From the NCBI RefSeq assembly GCF_963676685.1, contig NC_092345.1, positions 22,258,001-22,322,000 of the forward strand: a DNA stretch of 64,000 nucleotides, in the 5' to 3' direction. Of the stretch, positions 38,901-51,446 are shown one piece after another; the first letter of the stretch is position 1, and every line of letters begins with the position of its first letter. The translations under genes were made by a program, and so were the position numbers. Under the pieces are notes generated by a model. The model was not told the origin of the DNA. It was given only the letters and a program-made list of their open reading frames with translations, and did no database searches. This DNA is from Mytilus edulis (lineage: Eukaryota).

Positions 38901-38991
38901 ATAAGCCAATCAGAGCGTGGTCCATAACGTGTTTTTTGGATCATATGAACCATTACTATTATACCTCTTTATTTTGTATCTGCTCATCCAT
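32960..38991 (-). CDS. MFS transporter C, MFSD4/NaGLT1-like; exons 38710-38558, 35266-34981, 34068-32960; start at ATG 38680 (~505 aa) or at ATG 38991 via mini-exon 38991-38965 (~524 aa)
   Basis: In-frame GT-AG junctions and a 286-nt exon 2. Motifs GWVMSQLGPSLLDL, GLLDAAGH, YMQTLHFIYAVGGILSP, YWAAYAFGR. Closest paralogue is A. Confidence 0.9.
36268..36360 (+). mobile_element. LINE ORF2 C-terminal relic
   Basis: Translates ICKHCIDNKIEDEFHVICECNLY, the same motif class as the C-terminus of the LINE at ~18800. Confidence 0.55.
37040..37290. repeat. 21-bp tandem repeats (gttatctcgatttattatatc) within a probable TIR element relic
   Basis: Direct 21-bp periodicity; explains the spurious RDNDII ORF at 37121-37408. 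Confidence 0.75.
37959..38370 (-). mobile_element. Non-LTR retrozyme monomer (360-bp unit with terminal direct repeat) carrying a hammerhead at ~38001-38046
   Basis: 37959-38010 is repeated at 38319-38370. The minus strand reads gagcgtcaCTGATGAgtcttttgtagacAAAAcgcgcGTCtggcg (GAAA mutated to AAAA). Confidence 0.8.
38721..38967. mobile_element. MITE with ~95-bp TIRs (gaggtataatagt...) and 7-bp flanking duplication tttattt, inserted in coding exon 1 of transporter C
   Basis: The TIRs and the duplication (38714-38720 and 38968-38974) are directly visible. Removing the element restores a continuous ORF from ATG 38991. Confidence 0.9.
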
Positions 38992-41900
38992 ATCATCACA
39001 TGTGTTCCTTGTGACTTCAGAATTTCCCGTCGGTTATCACGTTTTCGTTTTATTACGTTAAAAATGATAAAACATTATCCTGAAGATATATATTAGATTA
39101 TTAAATTATTTAACATAACTTTAATATTACTAAATTTAGGTACCCTCATGTTAGATCATAGTCTGGAACTTTAATGAGGTAGATATATAAAAAAAAAAAA
39201 GAAAAAAAAAAAAAGTACCACGAAATCTTAGATTATGCCATTTTTGCCCTATTAAAGATATAACGTCACGGTATCCAAATTGCACCGGTTACCCAAATTG
39301 TAGCGGAAATCTTATATGTTTTCTTAGAGACAAAACAATTTGTATTTTTGTTTTTATTATTTGACATTATGCACATCTTTCAACATAAGTAAATATATTC
39401 AAATATGCACAAAACATTATTAGTATACATCAACAGATGATGTATCACTGCAAAAGGTAAAATGTACGGAAACTTTTAAAAATGAACAAATAAAACATGT
39501 TACAAGCCTCCATTTATTCAGAAATGAATAGTGAGCATGGATTAGTAATGATAAATTGTTCTAAATATTTGAAAAAAACTAAAAACAAATTTTAAAGGAT
39601 GTGAATTTAAGTTTGGCAGAAATTTGGGAAATCTGCATTCCAGAATCATGGATAGTTTGGAGGTCTGTTGAGACTAATTTTTTAATAATTCAGTATGGAT
39701 TCAAAATTAAATTGGTGAAACCATACAGTGAGTAATTATAGTTCTACAAAATAAACATAGAAAGGGAACTTTTGTTTGGATCATGAATAATAGTAGGTGA
39801 AAGAACTGTCAAAATAGGTGAAATTTTGGTACCCTCATGTTAGATAATGAATGTCATTTCTTCTTTCATTGCAAAATAAATAAAAATTTGAGAAATAACT
39901 ACTTCTCTAAAATTGCTTCTCAAAATATTGACTTTATGAGTTGCACTAACAATAAAAAAGAAATACAATATATACTCAATCCATCAAATTTAAACAGGTA
40001 TAAAGTTTAGTTTCCTGTTTAAAACAGTCAATGGAACTCAGGACAGGGGACTCTTGCTTTGCCAATGTTTTGTGGTATATTAATATGATATAATTTGTAT
40101 TTTGATTTGTCACTATATACCAAACTTGCTACAATTGATATATAGAGAATAATACATGGCAAAATCCGTATCATATGTCGTATCATCCCGAGACATCAAT
40201 ATCAGCCCAAGGGCCTTGAGGCCCGAGGGATGATATTGGTCGAGGGTGATACGGCATGTGATACGGATTTTGTCATGTATTATACACTTTATCATATATT
40301 TCAACAGAAGAGTATTATATTATATGAACTGTTTTCTGATCCATAGCACTGGGTTACCTTCAGTTCTACTTTTGTCTTGTTTCAAAGGCCTTAAAAGAAC
40401 TGCTCAATTACTTATCCGAAGCACCTGGGTTACCTTACAATTTGCGTGCTGTTGTTTTAAAAATATTTTGTTTATTATTGTATTAATTTGTGTGTTTTGT
40501 AGTTTTCATAGTTGCATTTAGTGTGCCAAAAAATATGAAAACTTGACGTTCGTGACGTCACATACAATATGAAAACTCGACGTTCGTGAACGTCACATAA
40601 CGATGACGTCATTCAAAAAATTTACCTATTTTGAGGAAAATTTTTCTTCAAGCCAAAAAAAAAAACCAAAACTGACTTTATGTAAAAAAATTAAAAAAAA
40701 AAAAAAAGTAGGGGTGTGATAAAGGGTATGCGATAGAGGGTAGGGGTGTGATAAAGGGTATGCGATAAAGGGTGCGCATCAAAGTTACGCGATATGGATT
40801 TAACAACAGGCTATTTATCACATATGCAAAACTACTGTATTTACTACTAAACATATGATAAATACATATATACTATATCTGGGACTATTATACTTAAGTT
40901 TTTGTTTTTCAGTTTGTCACAAACATGTTTAATTTTTTTACATGACAATAAAGATTATTATTATTATTCAAATGTTTGATGCTCTCTGCTTTTAGTGTGA
41001 CAGTATTTAGATACAAAGTCATGCCATTGTGTGCTTTACTCTTTCCGATTTTTGCTTGAATGATTGACATTTCTGTGTACTTTTTTTAGCTTCTTAGGAC
41101 AGGCACTTGTCTCAGAATTTGTTTCCTATATCCCTTAATATAATAGTAAGGTATATAAGGGGGGGGGGATCTGAGACAAGTGCCTGTGCTACTTAACATG
41201 ATTTAAGTTCTTTATAAATGTACTTTGAATATCAAATGTCCTTTACGTTGTTTATTTGTGCTTTGTATGATTTGTGTGTCTTGCATACTTTATTCGTGCG
41301 AAATTGCATTAAATGTAGTCATTAGAATCCGTAATTTGATTGGCTGACAGCAACCGCGGAGCTCACCAATATTCTGTATTTGTACGGGTACGTCGAAGTT
41401 ACCGATACTGTCTTTTATTTCCGTTTAAAATAAAAATAACTATGACTGCACGTGCTATCCGGGACAATATTAAAACAATAGATATAAAACCTAACGAAAA
41501 GCTTCATATTTAACTCTTAATTGTATTTTTGTAGCTTGAAAAAGTAATTATAACTTGAAGAATTGAAGGCTTCTTATTATAACTTTACAGGGATGTAAAA
41601 GCGTTGATCGTGTGCAATAGTGTTCATTTTGTTTTTAACTCTAATGTATAGTTCATTTTTAGTAATAGACTTTTGGCGTGGTTCGGTATTTTCATTTTGC
41701 CATTTGATTAGGGACTTTCCGTTTGGAATTTTCCTCGGAGTTCAGTATTTTTGTGATACTACTTTTTCGTAACATAAGAAGTGGTTCTTTACTTATACTT
41801 CTCTTCATTGTAAATCTTTGTTTACATATTTGTTTGATTTTATATGGATAAAGATAATAACACACTTTTGAAGACTGTACCCCTATTTGTGACATTTTTA

Positions 41901-42860
41901 CCTATTATTTCTGTTTATTTTTTTCACACATCGTTGTCAATATAATGAAATTTTATGCGACTGACATGCAAGGGAGAGGTTTAGCTAGCTATAAAATCAA
42001 TTTTAATTCACCATTTTATAACTAAAAAATGTCTGTACCAAGTCAGGAATATGACAGTTGTTATCTATTTGTTTGATGTGTGAGTTTTTGATTTTGCCAT
42101 TTGGATTGGGGAATTTTCGTTTTGAATTTTTTCTCGGAGTTCAGTATTTTTGTGATTTTACTCTTTATACATCCCCCTATTGTGTTATTGTGATATGGTT
42201 TATTTATTATGTTGACTTTCATTTTTCTTATGTACATTTTGACCTTTTACGTCGTATTGTTTTAGTCACTAGTTTTGTCGATATTATAGAATGCAAGTTG
42301 CTATTGTCATAAAAGTGAGAGGAATATTGAGAGGAATATACCTATATCTACCTATAAAACCAGGTGTAAAAGTAGGATACCAAACCTTCACAAAACTCCG
42401 TATAAAGAACGATACATAGCTGGATCATCCAGATGTTCGACTTAACATATTTCTAATGTGCAGACTACTATATTTTCTACATAAAAAGATGACATCTAAA
42501 AATATTGTGATGAGATATATTCAACCAGTGCTGTTTATCAAGTGTGGATACTCAAAAATTCTAAACATCTACTGCTAAATCTTATATCACAATCTCTGCA
42601 ATTTTGCAGTAACATTAAGACCTTTGATTTTTCGTAGCTTTACACTTCTATTCCCCATGCTCAATTGAAATATCGACTTTACCATCTAATTAAACAGAGC
42701 TTTTTCTGTAAAAAAGGGAATCGTAGATATATATTTCTTGTTTTTGGGTTATTATAATTCTTATTTTGTGAAAAACCACACTGGTTCTATTTGAAAATAC
42801 ACTGAAGATGATATTATCAAAATGCTGGACTTTTTTTTATCGGCAATAAATATGTTCGTT

Positions 42861-43149
42861 TTGCTGACATGAATTATCATTGATATAGTCATATTAATAA
42901 ATTAAGTGTTAACAAAACTTTTGAAAATTTGAAATACTAAGCTAGGCTTCTCTACCTCAGGAATAGATGACCTTAGCTGTATTTGGCAAAACTTTTAGGA
43001 ATTTTGGTCCTCAATGCTCTTCAACTTTGTACTTTATTTGGCCTTTTAAACTTGTTTGGATTCTAGCATCACTAATTAGTCTTTTGTATACGAAACGCGC
43101 GTCTGGCGTATGTACAAAATTAAATCCTGGTATCTATGATGAGTTTATT
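42861..43149 (+). mobile_element. Second, truncated copy of the retrozyme with a degenerate hammerhead (~43066-43108)
   Basis: Reverse complement of 37960-38240. The core reads CTAATTA instead of CTGATGA; GAAAcgcgcGTC is intact. Confidence 0.8.
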
Positions 43150-46061
43150 CTATGTATGATGACGTTTGGTTTTGTTGCACTAAAGTGTTTCTGTTGTTCC
43201 GTTGTTTACCTCTTATAGTTGATATGTTTCCCTCGGGTTTTTTTATTTGTTAACCGGATCTGTTTTCTCTAAATCGACGTTTGAACAGCAGCATACTACT
43301 GTTGTCTTTATTAATCCACTATATTTCAAAAGAAAATGCCTGAAGCTCCAAGTCAGGAATATGACAGTTTGATTTTCATTCGTTTGGTATATTTGAGCTT
43401 TAGATTTTGACATATGATAAAAGAAGATTCCGTTTTTTTTCCCTTTGAGTTTGGTATTTTCGTTATTTTACTTTTTACATGAATTTTAGTATTTTGAGAA
43501 AAAAAATTGTAATGGTTTTCATCGATTATAAGGGGCAACCATTTAACTCCAAGTGAGGAACAACTGGGGGTCATGGTTTTTTTTTCGGAATCAGAATATT
43601 CTTTTTACTAGTTTTTCGACGCTATCAACCAAATTTTTTTCTTCAAAATTTAACACTATAAAAAAACCAGCGAAAATCTAGCTTAGAGACGAAATAATTT
43701 GTATTTCTATAATTGGCAATTAAGCACGTCTTTCGACATAACTTAATATATTTCATTGGGCACAAAACAGTCGATTTTACACCAACAGATGAATTATCTG
43801 TCAAAGTTAAATCTACGGAAACGTCGCATACATTTAAAAGCTAAAAACTTCTAAAGATACATCAACAGAACAAAACCTGTCTAAATGTATATATGATTAA
43901 ATTTGCCAGTTGAAATTACAAGCCAAGTTGAAGTGCAATTACATATTCTCCTCGAACATGTTTGCTTCCAACCGCCACCACAATTACCAATTCGAGAAAG
44001 GCAAACTTCGAAGAGAATACTCAGAGCTGCTCAAATTAATGAAATGTGATAACCATTAATATAACGCCATTATAAATCAAAATCAGAAAATTGATATCCG
44101 TTGAAATTGATATCATCTAAACGGTTACATTTAATTACTTACTCATAAACGTGTTCCATGATCAAAAGTTTGTATATATATGTTAATTAAAATAAGTCAG
44201 TTCTCATTGTTGGTAGAGTTATATGTGTGCAGATAACAAGGTTCAAAGTATAAAACCTGTTTATCCTTGTATGTTTACACTGGTTACCATGTAGTGTGAA
44301 ATGATGTATCAACGTTAATTTTGAGCTGTTGGTTGTATACTTTAAAATCACCTAAATAACTTGATTGTCTATACAGGAATCTGGGTGGACAGTTTCTATT
44401 TATATTATTCTGTTTAACACAATTTAACATATAAGATATATCTATCAAAATGTATCGCCGTTCATCAAAGGCCATTCCACTTGTGGTGACAAAATAGTAT
44501 GAACAAGTTGTTTCATGTTATATTAAGATATCTTTATAGTATAAAATGTATCTTTATGACAGCAATATCACATAATAGTTTAGTTAAATGACAAAGCAGT
44601 ATGAAAATGTAGCTCTATGTTATATCAAGATGTCTTCATAGTATGAAATATTATCTTCATAACAAAGTGAAATGACAGAATAGTATGAAAAGGTAGCTAG
44701 CTCCATGTTGTATCAAAGTGTCTTTATAGTATATAAATATATCTTAGCGATATAGCAATATGACAGAGTATCATAGTCAAATGTCGTTATAGTATAGAAC
44801 ATTTGCTTCATGATATATCTTTACCCATAATGATAAGGTTATTGTAATATAAGGCAGATGTGGCGTTCCATATAATTGATCTATGAACATTTTATATTAT
44901 TTGGCATTTGCTCTCGCCATGGAAGTAATACTTCGATGCTGTCGCTATTAAAATTGCGTCTTCAACTATAATAGTTCATGTTGCATATGCCAATTAAAGT
45001 AAATATAATTCTTAAAGACGCAAACATCCAACATTCAACATACTGAATAGTGTTATGTGTCAGGTCAGGAATTATACCACAGCAAGTCGCAACTTCCTAT
45101 TTATTCATATGACTTTTAGAAGTCATAGATTTAGAAGCGGTTAATTTTTTGTGTGACAATATTATATTGAGTGTCAACATTACGATAAAGTAGTCTCATT
45201 CTAATTTAAATACACTACTGGAAAAAGATAAAATCACAAAAATACTAAACTCCGAGGAAAATTCAAAACGAAAAGTCCTTAATCCGGCAAATTGCAAAAT
45301 CAAACGCTCAAACACAGCAACGAATGGCAAACAAGAACTTGAAACGACATAGAGAAATCACGAGACAAAGAAACTGTCCCAAATCTAATAAGAAAAACCA
45401 ACAAATTAAAAACAAAACCAACAAATTAAAAACAAAACCACCAACTAAAGCAGTATGCATAAAGAAAGACGACCTCTTTAAGATTTAAGACTCCGTGTGG
45501 TTGTCGATTATAGTTATAAACAACCAGTTACAGTACATTAAATTATATAAATATGAAGATGTGATACGACTCCAATGAGACATATCCTTACCAGAGACCA
45601 AATGAAGTATAAAAACTAACAACTATAGGTAAACCTACGGCTTCAAAGATTAGCAAAACCCAAAACCAATATCGCATAGTTAACTACAAGAGATCTCGAA
45701 ATGACAATTGTAAAATAATCAAAACAAAAAAGAACTAACGACTTGATACGTGTACAAAAAATAAACGAAATAAATGTGTATTTTAGGTAATGCAAAGATC
45801 TGAAGCTTCTACATGTCAATTGTCAATGCTCTTTTTGGCATCATCCATGTACATAATCTCAAAATATCGTTTAAGTTCAGATCAAACCATCTTTACATTT
45901 TTTATTAATTGAATGTCTAAGACACCATACCTTCATTATGTAAAGTAGTGTTTGAACTTTAACAGACTATAGTTATTTGTATCTATTATAGACATTTGTA
46001 CGTTGTATTAAATGTACAGTTGTTTCTAATGACAAAAGTGCAGTCTATAGGGAAATTGTAT

Positions 46062-48440
46062 TTACACAGTACTTCCTAAGTCCGGGTTCAAAGTATCATA
46101 GACTTCGTACAGTGAAATGTAGCCGTTCCCATGACCAACTGCCATTTTAGGAAAAGAACCAGGCGAAAAGTCAATAAATCTCGGAGTTTTTTCCAGTAAC
46201 GAATGCTGCCTTACTTCATCGACTACTACTGAAGATGAGTCAACAAAGTATATGTGATTCTTTCTTGTGTCTGCTACAACAAATAAGTTTTTATATAATC
46301 CTATCCCTTGTGGATCCCCTAAATTTCTACTAATCGAACCGTCAAAAACACCTTCATGAGCTCCTTCCATGGTCATGAAAATTACACGCGACGTTTTGTA
46401 ATCAGAAATACCTATTATTCCGTCCTTGCTTACTCTAATAGATCTTGGGTAACCTAGTCGAACAGCGTCCGACCCATTAAATGTCCGTAGAAAGTTTCCT
46501 TGGTGATCGAGAATATCTACTGCGGGCAAAGAAAACGGGTTAGTTGTACCACAAACAAACTGATTGGTATTCTCATTAAACGTTAAACAAGTGTAGCCTT
46601 TCTGTGTTACTATAGTACTTATGACATTGATTTGGTAATTATTCATTGGGTCGATTGCGTATGTAATAAGGTATCTCTGTTTAGGAAAAGTCACTGCCAT
46701 ATATACACACGGCTGTCGTGGCAGTCTATATACTGTACACCCATGTGGATCGACGGGTAATTCATAGGCATTTAAACAAGATCTAAATCCCCTCGTATTA
46801 AAAACTTTGGCTGTTTTATTTCTTTTATCTATTGCAAGCAATGCCCTTTCATCTATCCAGCATAAATCTGTTAAAGTAGGATTCTTTCGGTCTCTTCCCC
46901 TTAATTCTGCATTAAATTTAGTAAGAGGATTTAATCTTAACCTGTTGTCATCATTTGGCGTTCCTGGTGGCGTTATTGATCCTGAGGATACACCATGCGT
47001 TAAACCTCTGGGTACTAATGGCGTTGTAAAAAAGTCATCCACGTTAGGAGCAGATGGTAGAGATTGAGCCGAAGAATTATTACTTCCGGAATTATTGGAG
47101 TTTGGTTGTGGAAAGGTAAAGTGTTCACGTGACACCGGTGAATTACTAGTATTTCCTATAGAATTGTTAAAGTTTGGTGGTGGAAAACGATATGGATTCT
47201 GAGTTACTGGTGAAGTATTTTGTCTATTTGAATATGTCGTGCTACTACTTGAGGTTAATTCTTGGTATGATGGAGGTGGTTCGTCTTCCGGTTGATAATC
47301 ACTGTCTGTATCAGGAGGTGAAACGCTTATCACTATTCCTGGTGATTGTTCATTCCTATTAGCAACATTAGCCGCTGTTGGTGTAACATCAGATGATCCA
47401 GTATTTTCATTGATTACGGAATGATTATCGATTCTGGTGTGGTTGCTTTGTGAATCATTGCTTTCATTGGATATCACCGCACCAGGCGATCTTGTACTAG
47501 AATTGATAAGCTCAATATTTATAAGATCACCCTCGGTCAACATATCTTCGAATTCTGTGTTTATAACAAAACGAATTTCATTTTCATCCTGAACATACTG
47601 TTTGATTGTTGTAGCTTTAGCGGTAAAATCTTCCAAGGTTGATAGCAAAGCATCAAAGTTCAAGTAACTTGCAAAAGAATTCAATATATCGCTATCATTA
47701 AAGATTCTGTTCACAGATGGAAAACATGGACCGAGGCTTTCCAACAACGAAAAACTTAGTTTTGTGTATTGTGTGATTGTTGCCATTTCAGTATCAGTGA
47801 ATAATTGAAGTTTGTCTAAGACATCTTTTTCATGTTTTGTTAAATAATCTAATAGCTGCATTTTTAAATCTGCAAAATACTTCATGATGCCCAATACAGT
47901 TTCGTCTTTCTTGGACAAATTCTGACGTTCACGAGATTTCAAAGATTCACAAATTTCAGTCAATTCTCGATTAGTAGTTGACAACGATTCTTTAACTCTT
48001 GTCTGTTGCCTATTCCGAACTTCTTTCATTGCCTCTTCGGTAATCAATTGACACAACGGTTTGTTTACTTTGCAGACTTCACATGCAAGATCAAAACTAT
48101 CTGCATAAAAATACTCGCACAAATAATTCGGATGTTCCTTACAGGCTACCATCCCAGATTCTTGAAAAGTGGGAATTCTTTTATCAGTAAACACAGAAGC
48201 TGTTCCTAAAGATTCTAAACCCGAATTATTAATAGAAGAACCAGACGACATAATTTTGCATTTACACGTCGGACAAGACACGTCCCCTTGGTTTGAGTTC
48301 CGGTCGATTAGTCCCTTCAAACATTCAAAACACAAACTGTGCATACATTCGAGAGTCCGCGGATCAAAACACTCTCGTTTACAAATACCACATGTTCGTA
48401 GTGACGATATAATGTCAGAAATAGGATCAGCTGATGCCAT
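46062..48440 (-). CDS. TRIM-like E3 ubiquitin ligase: C3HC4 RING, degenerate B-box, coiled coil, S/N/P-rich linker, NHL-like beta-propeller; single coding exon, 792 aa
   Basis: RING CGIC...CMHSLCFEC...CPTC; B-box-like CKEH...CEVC; propeller repeats YPRSIRVSKDGIIGISD and DPQGIGLYKNLFVVAD. Probable 5'UTR acceptor ttccag at 48474-48475. Confidence 0.88.
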   Translation of the reverse strand: MASADPISDIISSLRTCGICKRECFDPRTLECMHSLCFECLKGLIDRNSNQGDVSCPTCKCKIMSSGSSINNSGLESLGTASVFTDKRIPTFQESGMVACKEHPNYLCEYFYADSFDLACEVCKVNKPLCQLITEEAMKEVRNRQQTRVKESLSTTNRELTEICESLKSRERQNLSKKDETVLGIMKYFADLKMQLLDYLTKHEKDVLDKLQLFTDTEMATITQYTKLSFSLLESLGPCFPSVNRIFNDSDILNSFASYLNFDALLSTLEDFTAKATTIKQYVQDENEIRFVINTEFEDMLTEGDLINIELINSSTRSPGAVISNESNDSQSNHTRIDNHSVINENTGSSDVTPTAANVANRNEQSPGIVISVSPPDTDSDYQPEDEPPPSYQELTSSSSTTYSNRQNTSPVTQNPYRFPPPNFNNSIGNTSNSPVSREHFTFPQPNSNNSGSNNSSAQSLPSAPNVDDFFTTPLVPRGLTHGVSSGSITPPGTPNDDNRLRLNPLTKFNAELRGRDRKNPTLTDLCWIDERALLAIDKRNKTAKVFNTRGFRSCLNAYELPVDPHGCTVYRLPRQPCVYMAVTFPKQRYLITYAIDPMNNYQINVISTIVTQKGYTCLTFNENTNQFVCGTTNPFSLPAVDILDHQGNFLRTFNGSDAVRLGYPRSIRVSKDGIIGISDYKTSRVIFMTMEGAHEGVFDGSISRNLGDPQGIGLYKNLFVVADTRKNHIYFVDSSSVVVDEVRQHSLLEKTPRFIDFSPGSFPKMAVGHGNGYISLYEVYDTLNPDLGSTV

Positions 48441-49677
48441 GATAATCGTCTTTGTGCTTTAATACGTCTTATCCTGGAAGAAATACCAAAGTTCAATCTT
48501 TATGTTATTATACTAAATGTTGTTTCCAAAACAAAAAAAAGAATTTAACTGAGACACAACTATTCAAACAAATAATTTTTTTTAAAAGCTTAGTGTGATT
48601 AAAAATCAAACTAATTTGGAAACAGATGAGACCTTTAAATTTCTTAAACTAAGTGTATTAGGTAAAACATAGTTGACCCAAAGTAATTATGGTCTATATG
48701 TTTTCCGTGAAAAGAACTAAAACCTAAACGTTATGTAACACTGTTATGATGCTGTTATCCATGGCGATTCATTACCCTCTATACACGTACTTCTATAAAG
48801 ATTTACGACCATAATTATAATACTGTAAGACGCTAGAAATCGTCCAGAGTCTAAAAAGTTGCGAATTATTCGTTACACAGGATATAATATCTGCCACGAA
48901 CTTTTGACAGTTATGAAATTTTATCTAATTATAATTATGCAAAGGACTTGAACGTTTTCATGTTGGCGCCAAATGATGCCAAAAGGATCTAAAAGTAACA
49001 CCAAGTTGAACATTATATGTGTATGGAATGTCCGAAACAAAGAAAGTAATTTAATAGTATCCATACCCAACTAGATCAGTCCCATTCATATGTCGATAGA
49101 TATTATCAGGCGTACAACATTAAACACATTTGAAATTTATTTATCTAGGGCATGCTATGCCTGAAATTTTTTACAGATGCGCAGGTTTGTCTGTACTCAG
49201 AGTAAATTTTGAGGTGAAAATACGGCCATTTTAGCCAAAGGCTCCACATGAACCTTAACTGCATTTTCAATTAATAGTTTTACCGTATATAATATATAGC
49301 AGTTACATGACATCCTAGTGTTTATACATTTATTTTTATTTGAATTCAATACTAAAACGCTAACAAATATTATAAACACAATACAGAAAGTATAACATAC
49401 CTGTTGTTTATGTGTCAATCAGTAAACAATAATATACACAATTTATAAAGGCTACTAGGTCAAGTCAGGTAAAATTGTGGTTGCCTCCCTTATAATATGT
49501 ATACTTATAGGTTACCTGTGTAATTTAAAGCAAGCTTCACTGCATTAAAGGTTTAAAGTAACATATACATTGCTTTAATATTTTAAAAATAAGTTGATGT
49601 TAATTTTATTTCTTACTTGTATATGATTTTCCAATGGAGTTATACATCTTCAATCATACAATAAAGCGGTTTTATAC

Positions 49678-51075
49678 AACGTCTCTGTAGTCCTATACAA
49701 CACTGCAATTTTAACGTCTCTGTAGTCCTATACAACACTGTAATTTTAACGTCTCTGTAGTCCTATACAACACTGCAATTTTAACGTCTCTGTAGTCCTA
49801 TACAACACTGCAATTTTAACGTCTCTGTAGTCCTATACAACACTGTAATTTTAACGTCTCTGTAGTCCTATACAACACTGCAACTTTAACGTCTCTGTAG
49901 TCCTATACAACACTGCAATTTTAACGTCTCTGTAGTCCTATACAACTCTGTAATTTTAACGTCTCTGTAGTCCTACACAACTCTGTAATTTTAACGTCTC
50001 TGTAGTCCTACACAACTCTGTAATTTTAACGTCTCTGTAGTCCTATACAACTCTGTAATTTTAACGTCTCTGTAGTCCTACACAACTCTGCAATTTTAAC
50101 GTCTCTGTAGTCCTACACAACTCTGTAATTTTAACGTCTCTGTAGTCCTACACAACACTGTAATTTTAACGTCTCTGTAGTCCTACACAACACTGCAATT
50201 TTAACGTCTCTGTAGTCCTACACAACACTGTAATTTTAACGTCTCTGTAGTCCTACACAACTCTGTAATTTTAACGTCTCTGTAGTCCTACACAACTCTG
50301 CAATTTTAACGTCTCTGTAGTCCTACACAACTCTGTAATTTTAACGTCTCTGTAGTCCTACACAACTCTGTAATTTTAACGTCTCTGTAGTCCTATACAA
50401 CACTGCAATTTGTACGTCTCTGTAGTCCTATACAACTCTGTAATTTTAACGTCTCTGTAGTCCTATACAACTCTGTAATTTTAACGTCTCTCTAGTCCTA
50501 TACAACTCTGTAATTTTAACGTCTCTCTAGTCCTATACAACTCTGTAATTTTAACGTCTCTGTAGTCCTATACAACTCTGCAATTTTAACGTCTCTGTAG
50601 TCCTACACAACACTGTAATTTTAACGTCTCTGTAGTCCTACACAACTCTGTAATTTTAACGTCTATGTAGTCCTATACAACACTGTAATTTTAACGTCTC
50701 TGTAGTCCTATACAACTCTGTAATTTTAACGTCTCTGTAGTCCTATACAACTCTGCAATTTTAACGTCTCTGTAGTCCTATACAACACTGTAATTTTAAC
50801 GTCTCTGTAGTCCTACACAACTCTGCAATTTTAACGTCTCTGTAGTCCTATACAACTCTGCAATTTTAACGTCTCTGTAGTCCTACACAACTCTGCAATT
50901 TTAACGTCTCTGTAGTCCTACACAACTCTGTAATTTTAACGTCTCTGTAGTCCTACACAACTCTGTAATTTTAACGTCTCTGTAGTCCTACACAACTCTG
51001 CAATTTTAACGTCTGTGTAGTCCTACACAACTCTGCAATTTTAACGTCTCTGTAGTCCTACACAACACTGCAATT
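49678..51075. repeat. Minisatellite, ~40 x 35 bp (aacgtctctgtagtcctaYacaacWctgYaatttt)
   Basis: Strict 35-bp period, no unique spacers, variation almost only at three biallelic positions. Confidence 0.97.
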
Positions 51076-51098
51076 CTATATATACAACACTTTAACTC

Positions 51099-51446
51099 CA
51101 GGGGCGGATCCAGGATTTTGGAAAGGGGGGTGCAGAAATAAATTTCGGCGTGCGGAGCTAGGAGAAAAATTTTGGGGGACCTTTTTTTTTGCTAAAAAAA
51201 AACATAAAATAAGTGTAACTTGAATGCATTTTAGTTTAAGTGTAGGGCTGGACATTTTTGGTGCTGTATTCTCTACATTGATTGTCTATTATAATATGAT
51301 TTAATGGATCCAAAGCTGTGGAGAACTGTCGCATTAAAATTAAATACACAGCAAAATTCACGAATTCTAGGCTGATTATTTATCATTTTATATATAAAAA
51401 AAAAGTGCCAGCAAAGGGTGTGGGTACGCCCACTACGCCCCCTCTG
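51099..51446. mobile_element. MITE of the CAGGGGCGGATCC type, 5-bp TSD aactc
   Basis: The TSD aactc flanks both ends; the terminus is related to the 10134 and 53656 elements. Confidence 0.75.

Noticed and set aside
12435-38991. Calling the transporters AmpG or bacterial-derived
   Set aside because: Their motifs and shared introns fit the native animal MFSD4/NaGLT1 family; the AmpG comparison is only a functional analogy.
40547-40612. Clustered CRE sites (TGACGTCA) upstream of transporter C
   Set aside because: Embedded in a probable mobile element next to the 40141-40293 hairpin, and the transcription start is unknown.
41711-41720. Canonical NF-kB site GGGACTTTCC upstream of transporter C
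   Set aside because: It lies within a high-copy interspersed repeat (related copies at ~14860, 42105, 45245), so it is not locus-specific evidence of regulation.
49678-51075. CRISPR array (35-bp repeat length is CRISPR-like and it sits next to a bacterial-type gene)
   Set aside because: Units are head-to-tail with no unique spacers, there are no cas genes, and the context is eukaryotic.
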